Shown here: piece after piece, positions 29,050-38,458 of the stretch
Layout of the letters: every line of letters begins with the position of its first letter
How positions within the stretch are numbered: position 1 is the first letter of the stretch
Assembly: GCA_018304175.1 (NCBI GenBank)
Contig: JAGVWT010000003.1
Location: forward strand, 33,982 to 97,981
Reading direction: 5' to 3'
Source of the DNA: Candidatus Pacearchaeota archaeon
GTDB lineage: Archaea > Nanobdellota > Nanobdellia > Pacearchaeales > GW2011-AR1
DNA length: 64,000 bases
The notes under the pieces: generated by a model
The model's input: the letters and a program-made list of their open reading frames with translations, nothing else
Databases searched by the model: none
Told to the model about the DNA's origin: nothing
Position numbers and translations under genes: made by a program

Positions 29050-29146
29050 AACCTCCAATAAATTTTTCAGATTGGGAAAAGCTTGATGTTAGAGTTGGTA
29101 AAATTGTAAAAGTTGAAGATATTGAAATTGGAAGCAGGGTTAATTG
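29046..29146 (+). pseudogene. remnant of the MetRS C-terminal EMAPII/Trbp111-like tRNA-binding domain (33 codons, then stop)
   Basis: MKPPINFSDWEKLDVRVGKIVKVEDIEIGSRVN* matches the start of the OB-fold tRNA-binding domain normally fused to MetRS. It is in a different frame from metG and truncated. Confidence 0.6.
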
Positions 29147-29301
29147 AATTGCTTCACTAACATTTGATTATTCCCACCCAAAAATTCGCTTCGCGAAAAG
29201 CCCATCCAAAGATTATTAACATAAAAGAAAATTTTTTTGTTATCTATTAAAAAAGACTTGAGTGACTTTGGAGCGAAAACAAATACCTACAACGAAAAAA
29301 G

Positions 29302-30078
29302 TTAAACAATCAAACCCAATTTTCTGAGAAGTCTCCGGAGCATTCTTTCTTTGTCTTTTTCAGAATCATAGTTTTCATCTATTATTCTTGCTGCGATTTC
29401 CTTGTAAGCGCGCGCCGCATTGCTTTTTGGATGACTGTAAACCACTGGATTTTTTAAGTTCAACGCGCGTGAAACATCCAAATCATGCGGAATCATTCCT
29501 AATATAGGGACTTCAAGCATTTCTTTGACTGCTTCAGGACTCATCTCTATATTATCTTTACGAACCTTTGTTATTATCACACCGAGAATTTTCTTTTTCT
29601 TTTTTTCCGCGATTTTTATTGCTTTCAAAGCATCTGTTATTGCAGGAATTTCTGGATTTGTTACAATAATTAATTCATCAGCAAGATCAAATACAGACAA
29701 TACTTCATTTCCCAATCCTGCAGCGCTATCAATTATTACAAAATCAGATATTTTTCTGAAATCTTTTCTGAAATCTTTAATTTTTTCAGGTCTTAATTTT
29801 TTAAGTTCATTTATAGAAAGTGAAGACGGAAGTATTTTCATTCCTGATTCATGCTCGTAAACTGCTTCTTCTAAATCTGCTTTTTCCGCTAAAACATGAT
29901 TTAAATTTACAGGAACTTCTGAAGAGCCAAGGTAAACGCCGATGTTCGGTGTGGACAAATTTCCATCGACGACAAGAACATTTTTTTTAAAATAATTCAT
30001 TGCAGCACCTAGATTTATCGCAGTGGTAGTTTTTCCAACTCCTCCTTTTCCTGACGTAATAACAATTAATCTGCTCAT
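29302..30078 (-). CDS. minD: MinD/ParA-family ATPase (archaeal MinD-like)
   Basis: Deviant Walker A SGKGGVGKTTTAINLG; 258 aa. Confidence 0.85.
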   Translation of the reverse strand: MSRLIVITSGKGGVGKTTTAINLGAAMNYFKKNVLVVDGNLSTPNIGVYLGSSEVPVNLNHVLAEKADLEEAVYEHESGMKILPSSLSINELKKLRPEKIKDFRKDFRKISDFVIIDSAAGLGNEVLSVFDLADELIIVTNPEIPAITDALKAIKIAEKKKKKILGVIITKVRKDNIEMSPEAVKEMLEVPILGMIPHDLDVSRALNLKNPVVYSHPKSNAARAYKEIAARIIDENYDSEKDKERMLRRLLRKLGLIV

Positions 30079-30096
30079 TTTAACAAAAACTAAAAT

Positions 30097-30573
30097 CTAT
30101 TTCTGTAGAAGGAATTGTTTTATTGTGCTTATAAACTTTTCTAACTTGTCAGCGTATTCTTTGAGTTTTTCCAAATTAATATTAACTTCCTCTCCTTTGT
30201 AGAAAACTTTTAATGTCACATTTTTCCTGAATTCTCCGATGCGTTCTTTTTTTAACTCGTCGATTTTCCTGAACATTTCATACATTTCAATGACTTCCTG
30301 AAAGTTTTTGTCTTTTTTGAAAAGTTTTTTAGCTTCTTCTATTTTCATTGCAGGGTTTCCAGGAATTGAAGAAATCTTTTTTTTACTTTTTGCTTTAACT
30401 AGTGTCTCATCAATGCTTACTTCAATCATCCTGCGCCAACGAAGAATCAAATTTAGTATAACATCGCAAGTTTTTGTGTACTTCAGGCTGACATATAACA
30501 AATGGTCAGCACTTATTTTCTCTTGAATTATATCTTCCATAACTTTCCCAAAAATTACTTTTAGAAGCGACAA
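30097..30573 (-). CDS. hypothetical protein (coiled-coil C-terminus), co-oriented immediately upstream of minD
   Basis: ORF only. Confidence 0.3.
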   Translation of the reverse strand: MSLLKVIFGKVMEDIIQEKISADHLLYVSLKYTKTCDVILNLILRWRRMIEVSIDETLVKAKSKKKISSIPGNPAMKIEEAKKLFKKDKNFQEVIEMYEMFRKIDELKKERIGEFRKNVTLKVFYKGEEVNINLEKLKEYADKLEKFISTIKQFLLQK

Positions 30574-30641
30574 TTACAAGGATTTTAGGCTTTTTATACT
30601 TTTGGTTTCCTTTTTAAGCTTTGTGATGTTTTTTTAAGTGA

Positions 30642-30968
30642 TTAATCACTTAGTTCTAAGATTGTTTCAGCCAAATCACCATTATTTTTTTCAAGAGCCT
30701 TCTTTGCTTTTTCCTTGGATACACCAGTTTTTTCCATGACTGTTTTTATATCTCCTTCGGAAATGAAATCTTCTTCTTTAACGTCTCCTGTTATTTGAAA
30801 TGTTTCTTGTCCCTGGATTTTCATTTTTGTTACGGAAGGATTTTCAATAATTATTTTTTTCCCATCTATTTGATTTATAATAACTTGCGATGAGCCAATA
30901 TTTTCTTGAGATATTCCCATTTGCTTCATCAATTCCTGCATTTTTTTTGGGTTTAATCCTGGGAACAT
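30642..30968 (-). CDS. nac: nascent polypeptide-associated complex protein (NAC alpha, with C-terminal UBA)
   Basis: NAC domain (QVIINQIDGKKIIIENPSVTKMKIQGQETFQITG) plus C-terminal UBA-like EKAKKALEKNNGDLAETILEL. Confidence 0.85.
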   Translation of the reverse strand: MFPGLNPKKMQELMKQMGISQENIGSSQVIINQIDGKKIIIENPSVTKMKIQGQETFQITGDVKEEDFISEGDIKTVMEKTGVSKEKAKKALEKNNGDLAETILELSD

Positions 30969-30969
30969 T

Positions 30970-31128
30970 TTAATAAAAAAACTCTAGAAATATTCTGAAT
31001 GCTACTATCAAAACAACGAAGACAACTACGTGGGTTGGTTTTAAACTGAAAACGCTGTTATATTCCTCGTTGAATCTCATTAATCCGCCGAATGCTCCTG
31101 TTGGAATACTTATACCTTCTTGTGCCAT
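30970..31128 (-). CDS. secG: preprotein translocase subunit Sec61 beta (SecG), 52 aa; absent from the ORF track (under 60 aa)
   Basis: Manual translation MAQEGISIPTGAFGGLMRFNEEYNSVFSLKPTHVVVFVVLIVAFRIFLEFFY*. Contains the Sec61beta motif GLMRF....L.P..V followed by a single TM. Confidence 0.65.
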   Translation of the reverse strand: MAQEGISIPTGAFGGLMRFNEEYNSVFSLKPTHVVVFVVLIVAFRIFLEFFY

Positions 31129-31237
31129 GTATTTCAGATAGAGGGATAGTTTTTAAAAGTTTCTTGGTATAAAATAAGTTATTGGTTTTAAGAAAAATAA
31201 TAGAAATATTTAAATATCATAATTCGTTTTAAGAATT

Positions 31238-31762
31238 ATGCCTCAAACATTAATTGAGCCCATAAATTTACATAAAAAGAATTTCTCCGAAGGGGTTGGC
31301 TTTTTTAAAGATGATAGTCTAACAACTCAACAAAAAAATTTACTCAAAAAATTGAATGGATTTGATGCACCTTATTTACAAGAAAAGCTTATTGAAAAAG
31401 GAGAATTTTCTTCTGTTGAAGAATATCAAGAAGCTTTTATAGAATTTAAAAGATATGTTTTTTTAACACAAATTTTTGGGAATAATCTTGCAATGATGAG
31501 CACTAAAGTAGATGCAATATGGCATCAATTTATACTTTTCACAAAAGCTTATCATGATTTTTGTGAGGATAACTTACAATATTTTTTACACCATACCCCC
31601 TATATTAATGGTACGCCTAAATCTAAGAGAATTGAAGGATTTATGAATTTTAAAAAATATTACAAAATGATTTTTGGAGAAATTCCAAAAATATGGGATC
31701 TTGATAAAAAAGATCTTAATGAGAATTCTGTTTGTAATTGTGATGGATGTGATCCTAGCTAA
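31238..31762 (+). CDS. hypothetical protein with a conserved DAIWHQFIL..Y..FC motif and a C-terminal CNCDGCD
   Basis: ORF; motif noted but the family is not confidently recognised. Confidence 0.3.
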   Translation: MPQTLIEPINLHKKNFSEGVGFFKDDSLTTQQKNLLKKLNGFDAPYLQEKLIEKGEFSSVEEYQEAFIEFKRYVFLTQIFGNNLAMMSTKVDAIWHQFILFTKAYHDFCEDNLQYFLHHTPYINGTPKSKRIEGFMNFKKYYKMIFGEIPKIWDLDKKDLNENSVCNCDGCDPS

Positions 31763-31815
31763 TAATAAGCCAATTTTTTAATTAGTTTTAAAAACTTCTT
31801 CTAGTTAATGTATTT

Positions 31816-34194
31816 ATGTTTGATAATTTTAAGTTTAGTGAAGAAAGAATAAGGAAGTTTTGGGAAAAGGAAAAAATTTACAAGTTTGATTTTAAAAAGA
31901 AAGGGAAAGTTTACAGCATTGATACACCACCGCCAACTGTATCTGGGAAAATACACATCGGTCATGCTTTTTCTTACTCCCAGCAGGATTTTATTGCCCG
32001 TTTTCAAAGAATGTACTTAGCCGAAAAAGGTCAGGTTTTTTACCCCTTTGGAACAGACGACAACGGTTTGCCAACAGAAAGACTTGTGGAAAAAATTAAG
32101 GGAGTTAAAAGCAAGGAAATGTCCAGAGCAGATTTTATTAAAATTTGTCTAAAAACCCTTAAAGAAATAACTCCCGACTTTATTCAAGATTGGAAAGACA
32201 TTGGAATATCTTCTGATTTTGATGTTTTTTATTCAACAATCGATGTAAACTCAAGAAAAATTTCTCAGCAGTCTTTTATTGAGCTTTATAAAAAAGGAGA
32301 AGTTTATGAAAAAGAATTTCCTACAATTTGGTGTCCTGAATGCCAGACTTCAATAGCTCAAGCAGAACTTGAAGACAAGGAATTGCAGAGTCAGTTTTCT
32401 GTAATAAAATTTGAAGCTGGGGGAAAAGATTTGCCTATTGCAACAACAAGACCAGAGCTTATTTCTGCGTGTGTTGCTGTTTTTGTTCATCCTGAAGATA
32501 AAAAGTATAAGAGTTTTATCGGAAAAAAAGCAAAAGTTCCTTTGTTTAATTTTGAAGTTCCAATCATTGCAGATAAGTCAGCGAATCCTGAAAAAGGAAC
32601 AGGCGCGTTGATGGTTTGCAGTTATGGAGACAAGTATGATGTTGATGCTGTTCAAAGACATAAGCTAAAACCTAAAATAATTTTGAATAGAAATGGAACT
32701 CTTGACGTTAGAGATTACAAGGGGCTTAAGATTAAAGACGCTAGGAAAAAGATTTTGAAAGATTTGGAAGAAAAAGGATTTGTTATTGAAAAAAAACAAA
32801 TTTTTCATGTTGTCAATGTTCATGATAAGTGTGGTACAGAAATTGAGTTTATTCCAACGAAGCAATGGTTTGTTAAAATAATGGACAAGAAAAAAAAGTT
32901 GATTGAGCAAGGCAGAAAAGTTAAATGGCATCCAGAGTATATGAGAAAAAGATATGAAAACTGGATTAATGGTTTGGATTGGGACTGGAATATTTCAAGA
33001 GACAGGCATTTTGGAATTCCTATTCCTGTCTGGCGTTGTGAAAAATGCAAAGAAGTAATTTTTCCTAAAGAAAAAGAACTTCCGATTGACCCTTTTGAAA
33101 TAAAAAGAAAATGTCTTAAATGTAATGAATATGCTGCTCCAGAATCTAAAGTTCTTGACACTTGGGCGACTTCGAGCTTAACACCGCAGATAACTTCTTC
33201 TTTAGTTAAAAATATGGTAAAAATCCCATACTCTCTAAGACCTAATGGACATGATATAATCAGGACATGGGCGTTTTATACAATCGTTAAATCATATCTA
33301 CATGAAAATAAAATCCCTTGGAGATATATTGTTATTTCAGGAATGGTTTCTCTGAAAGGAGAAAAAATGTCAAAGTCAAAAGGCAATGTTATCGAGCCTC
33401 AAAAGGTTCTTGGAGAATTTGGTGCAGATGCTTTAAGGTTTTGGGCAGCAGGAAGTAAGCTTGGTGAAGACATGGACTATCAGGAAAAAGAGTTGGTTAC
33501 AGGAAAAAAATTTGTAAATAAACTACGAAACGCAGCAAAATTTGTCTTTATGAATCTTAAAGACTACAAAGGACAGAAACCAAAGAAGTTGGAGAAAATT
33601 GATGAATATTTTTTGAAAGATTTAAATCGTCTTGTTTATATAGTAACTGATTATTTTCAAAAGTATGAATATTCAAGAGTAAAGTTCAATGTCGAGGATT
33701 TTTTTTGGAGAAATTTTTGTGATGATTATCTTGAAACAGTTAAAAAAAGAATTTACAATGAAAAAGGAGACAAGAAAATTTCAGCACAATATACACTATA
33801 CAATTCACTATTGACAATCTTGAAATTGTTGGCTCCGATTATGCCTTTTGTTACAGAAGAAATTTATCAAGAACATTTCAAAAAAACTGAAAAAAATAAG
33901 AGCATTCATGTTTCTGTTTGGCCGAAATTTTATGATATGCATAAAGGAAAATGGCAATGGGATGAAGAAGATTGGAGAGAATTAGGTTGGGTAAATAGGT
34001 GGTATGTATATAGGGATACCCTTTCTAAGATTAGAAGTAAAAAAACACAGAATAAAAAGTCAATGAATTCAGAGATAATTTTAACTTTAGACAAAAAAAC
34101 ATATAATGCCTTAAAAGAGTTTTTAGAGGACCTAAAAAACGTCACAAATGCAAAAGAAATAAAAGAGGGTGAGTTCAAGGTAGAGTTTGTTTAA
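31816..34194 (+). CDS. valS: class I aminoacyl-tRNA synthetase, most likely valyl-tRNA synthetase
   Basis: HIGH PPPTVSGKIHIGHA (ValRS-like PPPNVTG..H.GH), KMSKS KMSKSKGN, editing-domain-sized insertion, WNISRDRHFGIPIPVW; 792 aa (short for IleRS/LeuRS). Confidence 0.55.
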   Translation: MFDNFKFSEERIRKFWEKEKIYKFDFKKKGKVYSIDTPPPTVSGKIHIGHAFSYSQQDFIARFQRMYLAEKGQVFYPFGTDDNGLPTERLVEKIKGVKSKEMSRADFIKICLKTLKEITPDFIQDWKDIGISSDFDVFYSTIDVNSRKISQQSFIELYKKGEVYEKEFPTIWCPECQTSIAQAELEDKELQSQFSVIKFEAGGKDLPIATTRPELISACVAVFVHPEDKKYKSFIGKKAKVPLFNFEVPIIADKSANPEKGTGALMVCSYGDKYDVDAVQRHKLKPKIILNRNGTLDVRDYKGLKIKDARKKILKDLEEKGFVIEKKQIFHVVNVHDKCGTEIEFIPTKQWFVKIMDKKKKLIEQGRKVKWHPEYMRKRYENWINGLDWDWNISRDRHFGIPIPVWRCEKCKEVIFPKEKELPIDPFEIKRKCLKCNEYAAPESKVLDTWATSSLTPQITSSLVKNMVKIPYSLRPNGHDIIRTWAFYTIVKSYLHENKIPWRYIVISGMVSLKGEKMSKSKGNVIEPQKVLGEFGADALRFWAAGSKLGEDMDYQEKELVTGKKFVNKLRNAAKFVFMNLKDYKGQKPKKLEKIDEYFLKDLNRLVYIVTDYFQKYEYSRVKFNVEDFFWRNFCDDYLETVKKRIYNEKGDKKISAQYTLYNSLLTILKLLAPIMPFVTEEIYQEHFKKTEKNKSIHVSVWPKFYDMHKGKWQWDEEDWRELGWVNRWYVYRDTLSKIRSKKTQNKKSMNSEIILTLDKKTYNALKEFLEDLKNVTNAKEIKEGEFKVEFV

Positions 34195-34195
34195 A

Positions 34196-35284
34196 ATGAA
34201 ATTAACTAAAGAAGAACTTGAGGAAACTTTGGAAGAACTTGGGTCTTACAAAGGAAGACAGACAGAGCTGGTTAGCGTGTACATTCCTATTGGTTATGAT
34301 GTGAACGCTGTTCAGAGGCAACTTGAGGCTGAAAAATCAACTGCGAAAAACATAAAATCAACATCTACGAAAAAAAATGTTTCAGATGCTCTTGATAAAA
34401 TAGTAAGAGCTTTGAAAGATTATAAAAAAACTCCAGATAATGGAATGGCTATTTTTTCAGGCAACATCTCAAAAATTGAAGGGCAAACAGATTTGAGGAT
34501 TTGGGAAATTGAAACTCCTATGCCCTTAAAAAACCGGCTTTATAGATGTGACAAAGAATTTATTCTTGAGCCGCTGAAAGAAATGCTGGAAGTTGATGAA
34601 GTTTTTGCCCTTTTGGTTATGGACAGAAAAGAAGCTGCGATTGGATTGCTTGAGGGAAAAAGTATAGAACTCCTGCAAAAAATGACTTCTGGAATTCCTT
34701 CCAAAGTTAGGGCTGGAGGACAATCGTCTCAGAGGTTTCATAGAATTACAGAAGGCTTGACAAAAGAATTTTACAAAAGAATTGCAGATGAAATGAAAAA
34801 AATATTTTTCGAAATGCCAAAGCTTAAGGGAATTTTAGTAGGAGGACCAATACCCACAAAAGATGAATTTTTGGAAGGAGATTACTTGGTTACAAAATTA
34901 AAGGATAAGGTTATTGGTGTGAGGGACATTGGAGATGCTGATGAATCTGGACTGAAAGAACTTGTGAAAAAATCAGAGGACATACTTGCTAGTCAAGAAA
35001 TAACGAAAGAGAAAAAACTACTTGAAAACTTCTTTGAGAAACTTGGAGAAAAACCAGATATGGTTTTGTATAATGAAGAGAAAATCAGAAAGGCTTTGGA
35101 ATACGGAGCTGTTGACAAACTTATTTTATCTAAAGCAATAGATAAAAAACTCTTTAGTGAATTAAAAAAACTAGCCCAAAATATCTCGGCAGAAGTCCAC
35201 ATTGTTTCAACAGAGACAATTGAAGGAGAGCAGTTCTTGAACCTTTCTGGTATGGGTGCAATATTGAGATTTAAGATTGGTTGA
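34196..35284 (+). CDS. prf1: peptide chain release factor aRF1
   Basis: NIKS (TAKNIKSTS) and GGQ (RAGGQSSQRF) motifs. The ATG at 34196 overlaps the valS stop. Confidence 0.9.
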   Translation: MKLTKEELEETLEELGSYKGRQTELVSVYIPIGYDVNAVQRQLEAEKSTAKNIKSTSTKKNVSDALDKIVRALKDYKKTPDNGMAIFSGNISKIEGQTDLRIWEIETPMPLKNRLYRCDKEFILEPLKEMLEVDEVFALLVMDRKEAAIGLLEGKSIELLQKMTSGIPSKVRAGGQSSQRFHRITEGLTKEFYKRIADEMKKIFFEMPKLKGILVGGPIPTKDEFLEGDYLVTKLKDKVIGVRDIGDADESGLKELVKKSEDILASQEITKEKKLLENFFEKLGEKPDMVLYNEEKIRKALEYGAVDKLILSKAIDKKLFSELKKLAQNISAEVHIVSTETIEGEQFLNLSGMGAILRFKIG

Positions 35285-36035
35285 GTTAAAATACCATAAA
35301 TGTTTTAAACCTATTATTTATCGGTTTTTAATGATAGATGTAATTGTAAAATCAAGAGAAGCGCCTCAAGAAATTCTTAATGCTAAAAGAATTGGTCCTG
35401 GAAAGTTTAGTCATTTGAGAGATAACATCAGTTATAAGAAAGGAACTAGGATGCCGACAATGCCTGAACTTGTTCAATTAGTTTATATTTCTCTAGGAAA
35501 TTTAGAAAATGATACAGCGAGGGACGTAATTCATAAAATGAAGAGATCTTGGCTTGTAGCAGATACGGCTGTTCATTATTATCCGGAAGTTAATAGTAAT
35601 TTTTCTCAGGTAAGAATGGTTTTTGAAGATCATCCTAAAATCCAAAATGAAAAGATAGTTACTCCTGAATTTAGCGAGCTTGAAAAAAGCCTGACTATTA
35701 GAGAAAATGGTATTAAACACAATAAAGACAGGACGATAAGGATGCCTTATATTTTTGATATTAAAAAAAGAGATAGGGATGATTTATTAGAAGGTTTTGG
35801 AATGAGTATATTAACTGGACTAACAAAAAACATGGAAAATGTAAACAAATTAACGTGGATTTTAAATTATTTTAATGAAGAGCCGTATTTCTGTGCTTTG
35901 CCAAAAATTAATGAACCAATTTCGAGAGTTGCTGGTTTGGATTATACAGACAAGAAAGAACATGGAAGGTTTATTGTAGTTACTTCTCATGTAGAAGACA
36001 GCAAGGATGGTTATACTTTTAGCGTGAAAAAATAG
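35277..36035 (+). CDS. hypothetical protein
   Basis: ORF overlapping the aRF1 end; the true start may be ATG 35330. Confidence 0.3.
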   Translation: MVELKYHKCFKPIIYRFLMIDVIVKSREAPQEILNAKRIGPGKFSHLRDNISYKKGTRMPTMPELVQLVYISLGNLENDTARDVIHKMKRSWLVADTAVHYYPEVNSNFSQVRMVFEDHPKIQNEKIVTPEFSELEKSLTIRENGIKHNKDRTIRMPYIFDIKKRDRDDLLEGFGMSILTGLTKNMENVNKLTWILNYFNEEPYFCALPKINEPISRVAGLDYTDKKEHGRFIVVTSHVEDSKDGYTFSVKK

Positions 36036-36074
36036 ACAATAACATTTTTTAAACTTTGGCTCTTTCTTTAACTT

Positions 36075-36596
36075 ATGGTTTCGAGCGAGACATTCAACGA
36101 GATTGATGAATTCAGAGAAAAGGAGGACATAAAGAAACTTGAAGCAGTTTTTTTCATTTCTGGAAGGTTTTTGTCAATGCAGGAACTTGTTTCGTTGAGT
36201 GATTTGAATCCTATAATCATAAGGGAAATTATAGGGAAATTAAAGGAAAAATATAACAATGATTCTTCTGCAATTGAAATTGTCGAGAAAAATAATTTAT
36301 GGAAAATGGATGTCAAATCACAGTATCATGAGATTGTCAATAAACTAGCGACTGGAAACAGTGAATTTTCAAAAGCTGAACAGGAAACTTTGGCGATAAT
36401 TGCATATAAGCAGCCGATGAAACAAAGTGTTTTGGTTAAGATTAGGAGCAACAAAGCATACGAACACATAAAAAAATTTTATGAACTTGGATTGATAAAA
36501 AAGAAAAAAATAGGGCATACTTACGAACTCACCTTAAGCGACGAATTTTACGATTATTTCAACATCTCTGAAAATGATAAGCTTGAATTAAAATGA
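36075..36596 (+). CDS. scpB: ScpB-like segregation/condensation protein (tandem winged helix)
   Basis: LEAVFFISGRFLSMQEL...ETLAIIAYKQPMKQSVLVKIR pattern typical of ScpB. Confidence 0.5.
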   Translation: MVSSETFNEIDEFREKEDIKKLEAVFFISGRFLSMQELVSLSDLNPIIIREIIGKLKEKYNNDSSAIEIVEKNNLWKMDVKSQYHEIVNKLATGNSEFSKAEQETLAIIAYKQPMKQSVLVKIRSNKAYEHIKKFYELGLIKKKKIGHTYELTLSDEFYDYFNISENDKLELK

Positions 36597-36636
36597 AAAT
36601 AGAATTAAATAAAGCTGGTTATTTTGAGATAGGTCT

Positions 36637-36707
36637 GCGATTTCATTTTGGGCAATTAGAAATCGCCTTTCAGTGTTTTGAGGAAAATCGAAAAAAACCA
36701 GCAGGTT
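36637..36707 (+). repeat. R1 repeat copy B (hairpin gcgatttc-N15-gaaatcgc plus conserved tail), ending 6 nt before the GT2 ATG
   Basis: Nearly identical to the reverse complement of 57-135. The tail tttgaggaaaatcgaaaaaaaccagcaggtt is followed by a T7 run and the ATG at 36714. Confidence 0.7.
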
Positions 36708-36713
36708 TTTTTC

Positions 36714-37943
36714 ATGCCTGAAGCACTAACTGTTATTTATCTTGTGTATATGTTTTTGGCCCTTTATTTTTTGATGCTTTTCACAGTTCTTTTTGCCCAA
36801 AACAGAAAAGAGATTTTTTCTTTCCCAAAAGCGAAAAATAAATATTCTGTTTCTGTTTTGATTCCTGCATTCAACGAAGAAGACAGCATAGAAGGAACTG
36901 TTAAAAGTGTTTTGAATTCTGATTATAAATATATTGGGGAAGTTATAGTCATTAATGATGGTTCTACTGATAACACCTTGAAGATTGTCCGAGAATTAGA
37001 AAAAAAATATTCAAAAGTGAAAGTTCTAGATAAAGTAAATGAAGGAAATAAAGGAGCAGCCTTAAATTATGCAATTCCTTACGTAAAAGGAGATTTGATT
37101 GCTGTTGTCGATGCTGATTCTTATCCTGACAAAAATGCCTTAAGTACAATGACTGGATATTTTGATGATAAAGATGTTGGTGTTGTGACAACGAGTATTC
37201 TTGTAAGAGACAGAAATAACTTTCTCAGAAAAATGCAAGCAATTGAATACAAAGTTATTGCGTTCACAAGAAAGCTTCTTGATTTTGTAGATTCAATTTA
37301 TGTAACGCCTGGACCTCTGGCTCTTTACAACAAAAAGATTCTGAAAAAAATTGGGGGGTTTGACACTAAAAATTTGACAGAAGACATTGAGGCGACTTGG
37401 CATATGCTTCACGACGGATACAAAGTAAGAATGTCTTTTATTTCAAAGTCTACCACTGTTGCTCCGAATACTATAAAGAAATGGATAAAACAAAGAATTC
37501 GCTGGACTATTGGAGGAATTCAATGTATAATAAAATACAAAAACGTTTTGTTCAGGAAAGGAATGCTTGGTTATTTTATAATCCCTTTTTTTGCATTTTC
37601 ACTTGTCCTTGGAGTTTTTGGTTTGGGAATTTTCTTTTATAGAATTCTTAGGGGATTTTTGTCTTACTACCTGACCACAAACTACTCACTCGCTTCACAG
37701 ACAGCAATTATTGTCTTACAAGATATAAATCTAAATCCATCAATACTTAACTTCTTGGGAATAATCTTATTTTTGTTAGGGGTTGGTTTCACTTACTTTT
37801 CAATTTCCTTTATAAACAGCCATATAAAGGAAAAGGAAAACTTTTTTAGTGTTGTTTTTTATCTTCTAGTATATATTTTGCTAACACCTTTGGTGCTTAT
37901 AGTGGCAGTATACAAACTTTCGAGGAAAAAATATTCATGGTAA
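36714..37943 (+). CDS. family-2 processive beta-glycosyltransferase (PgaC/IcaA/cellulose-synthase-like)
   Basis: VLIPAFNEE, DGSTD, DADS and QRIRW (QxxRW) motifs with C-terminal multi-TM; the N-terminal TM starts at ATG 36714. Confidence 0.75.
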   Translation: MPEALTVIYLVYMFLALYFLMLFTVLFAQNRKEIFSFPKAKNKYSVSVLIPAFNEEDSIEGTVKSVLNSDYKYIGEVIVINDGSTDNTLKIVRELEKKYSKVKVLDKVNEGNKGAALNYAIPYVKGDLIAVVDADSYPDKNALSTMTGYFDDKDVGVVTTSILVRDRNNFLRKMQAIEYKVIAFTRKLLDFVDSIYVTPGPLALYNKKILKKIGGFDTKNLTEDIEATWHMLHDGYKVRMSFISKSTTVAPNTIKKWIKQRIRWTIGGIQCIIKYKNVLFRKGMLGYFIIPFFAFSLVLGVFGLGIFFYRILRGFLSYYLTTNYSLASQTAIIVLQDINLNPSILNFLGIILFLLGVGFTYFSISFINSHIKEKENFFSVVFYLLVYILLTPLVLIVAVYKLSRKKYSW

Positions 37944-37944
37944 A

Positions 37945-38457
37945 ATGAAAATTGAAATAAGACGAGCAAAGCCGGGAGATGAGAAAAAAACTGCAGCAAT
38001 GATAAATGAAGGAATTAAAAGAAAAACTTGGATTTATACAAATCAAGATAAAATCATATCTGAAAGAGAGGTAAGAAAATGGAGAAAGAAATATAAAAAA
38101 AACTCTAATTTTATTTTATTTATTGCTTTAGATAAAAATACTGGAGATGTTGTTGGTACTGGATCTTTTAATCTTAATAAGAGAAAAAGAGTAAGACATA
38201 TAACTAGTTTAGGATGGGGTATTCGTCCTGGTTATGAAAAAAAAGGGATTGCTTCAAAGTTAATAAAAAAAGTTTTAAGTGAAGCAAAGAAAAGAGGAAT
38301 AAAAAAAACAGAAGCAGAAATTGTTGAGAAAAATATACCTTCGTTGAAATTAGCAAAGAAACTAGGTTTTAAAATAGAGGGAAAAAAGGAGAAAGCATTT
38401 ATGACTGACGATGGAAAATTAAATGATGTGTATGTTGTGGGAAAGGTGTTAAAGTAA
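37945..38457 (+). CDS. GNAT-family N-acetyltransferase
   Basis: Acetyl-CoA binding segment GWGIRPGYEKKGIASKLIKKV (R/QxxGxG/A). Confidence 0.7.
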   Translation: MKIEIRRAKPGDEKKTAAMINEGIKRKTWIYTNQDKIISEREVRKWRKKYKKNSNFILFIALDKNTGDVVGTGSFNLNKRKRVRHITSLGWGIRPGYEKKGIASKLIKKVLSEAKKRGIKKTEAEIVEKNIPSLKLAKKLGFKIEGKKEKAFMTDDGKLNDVYVVGKVLK

Positions 38458-38458
38458 A

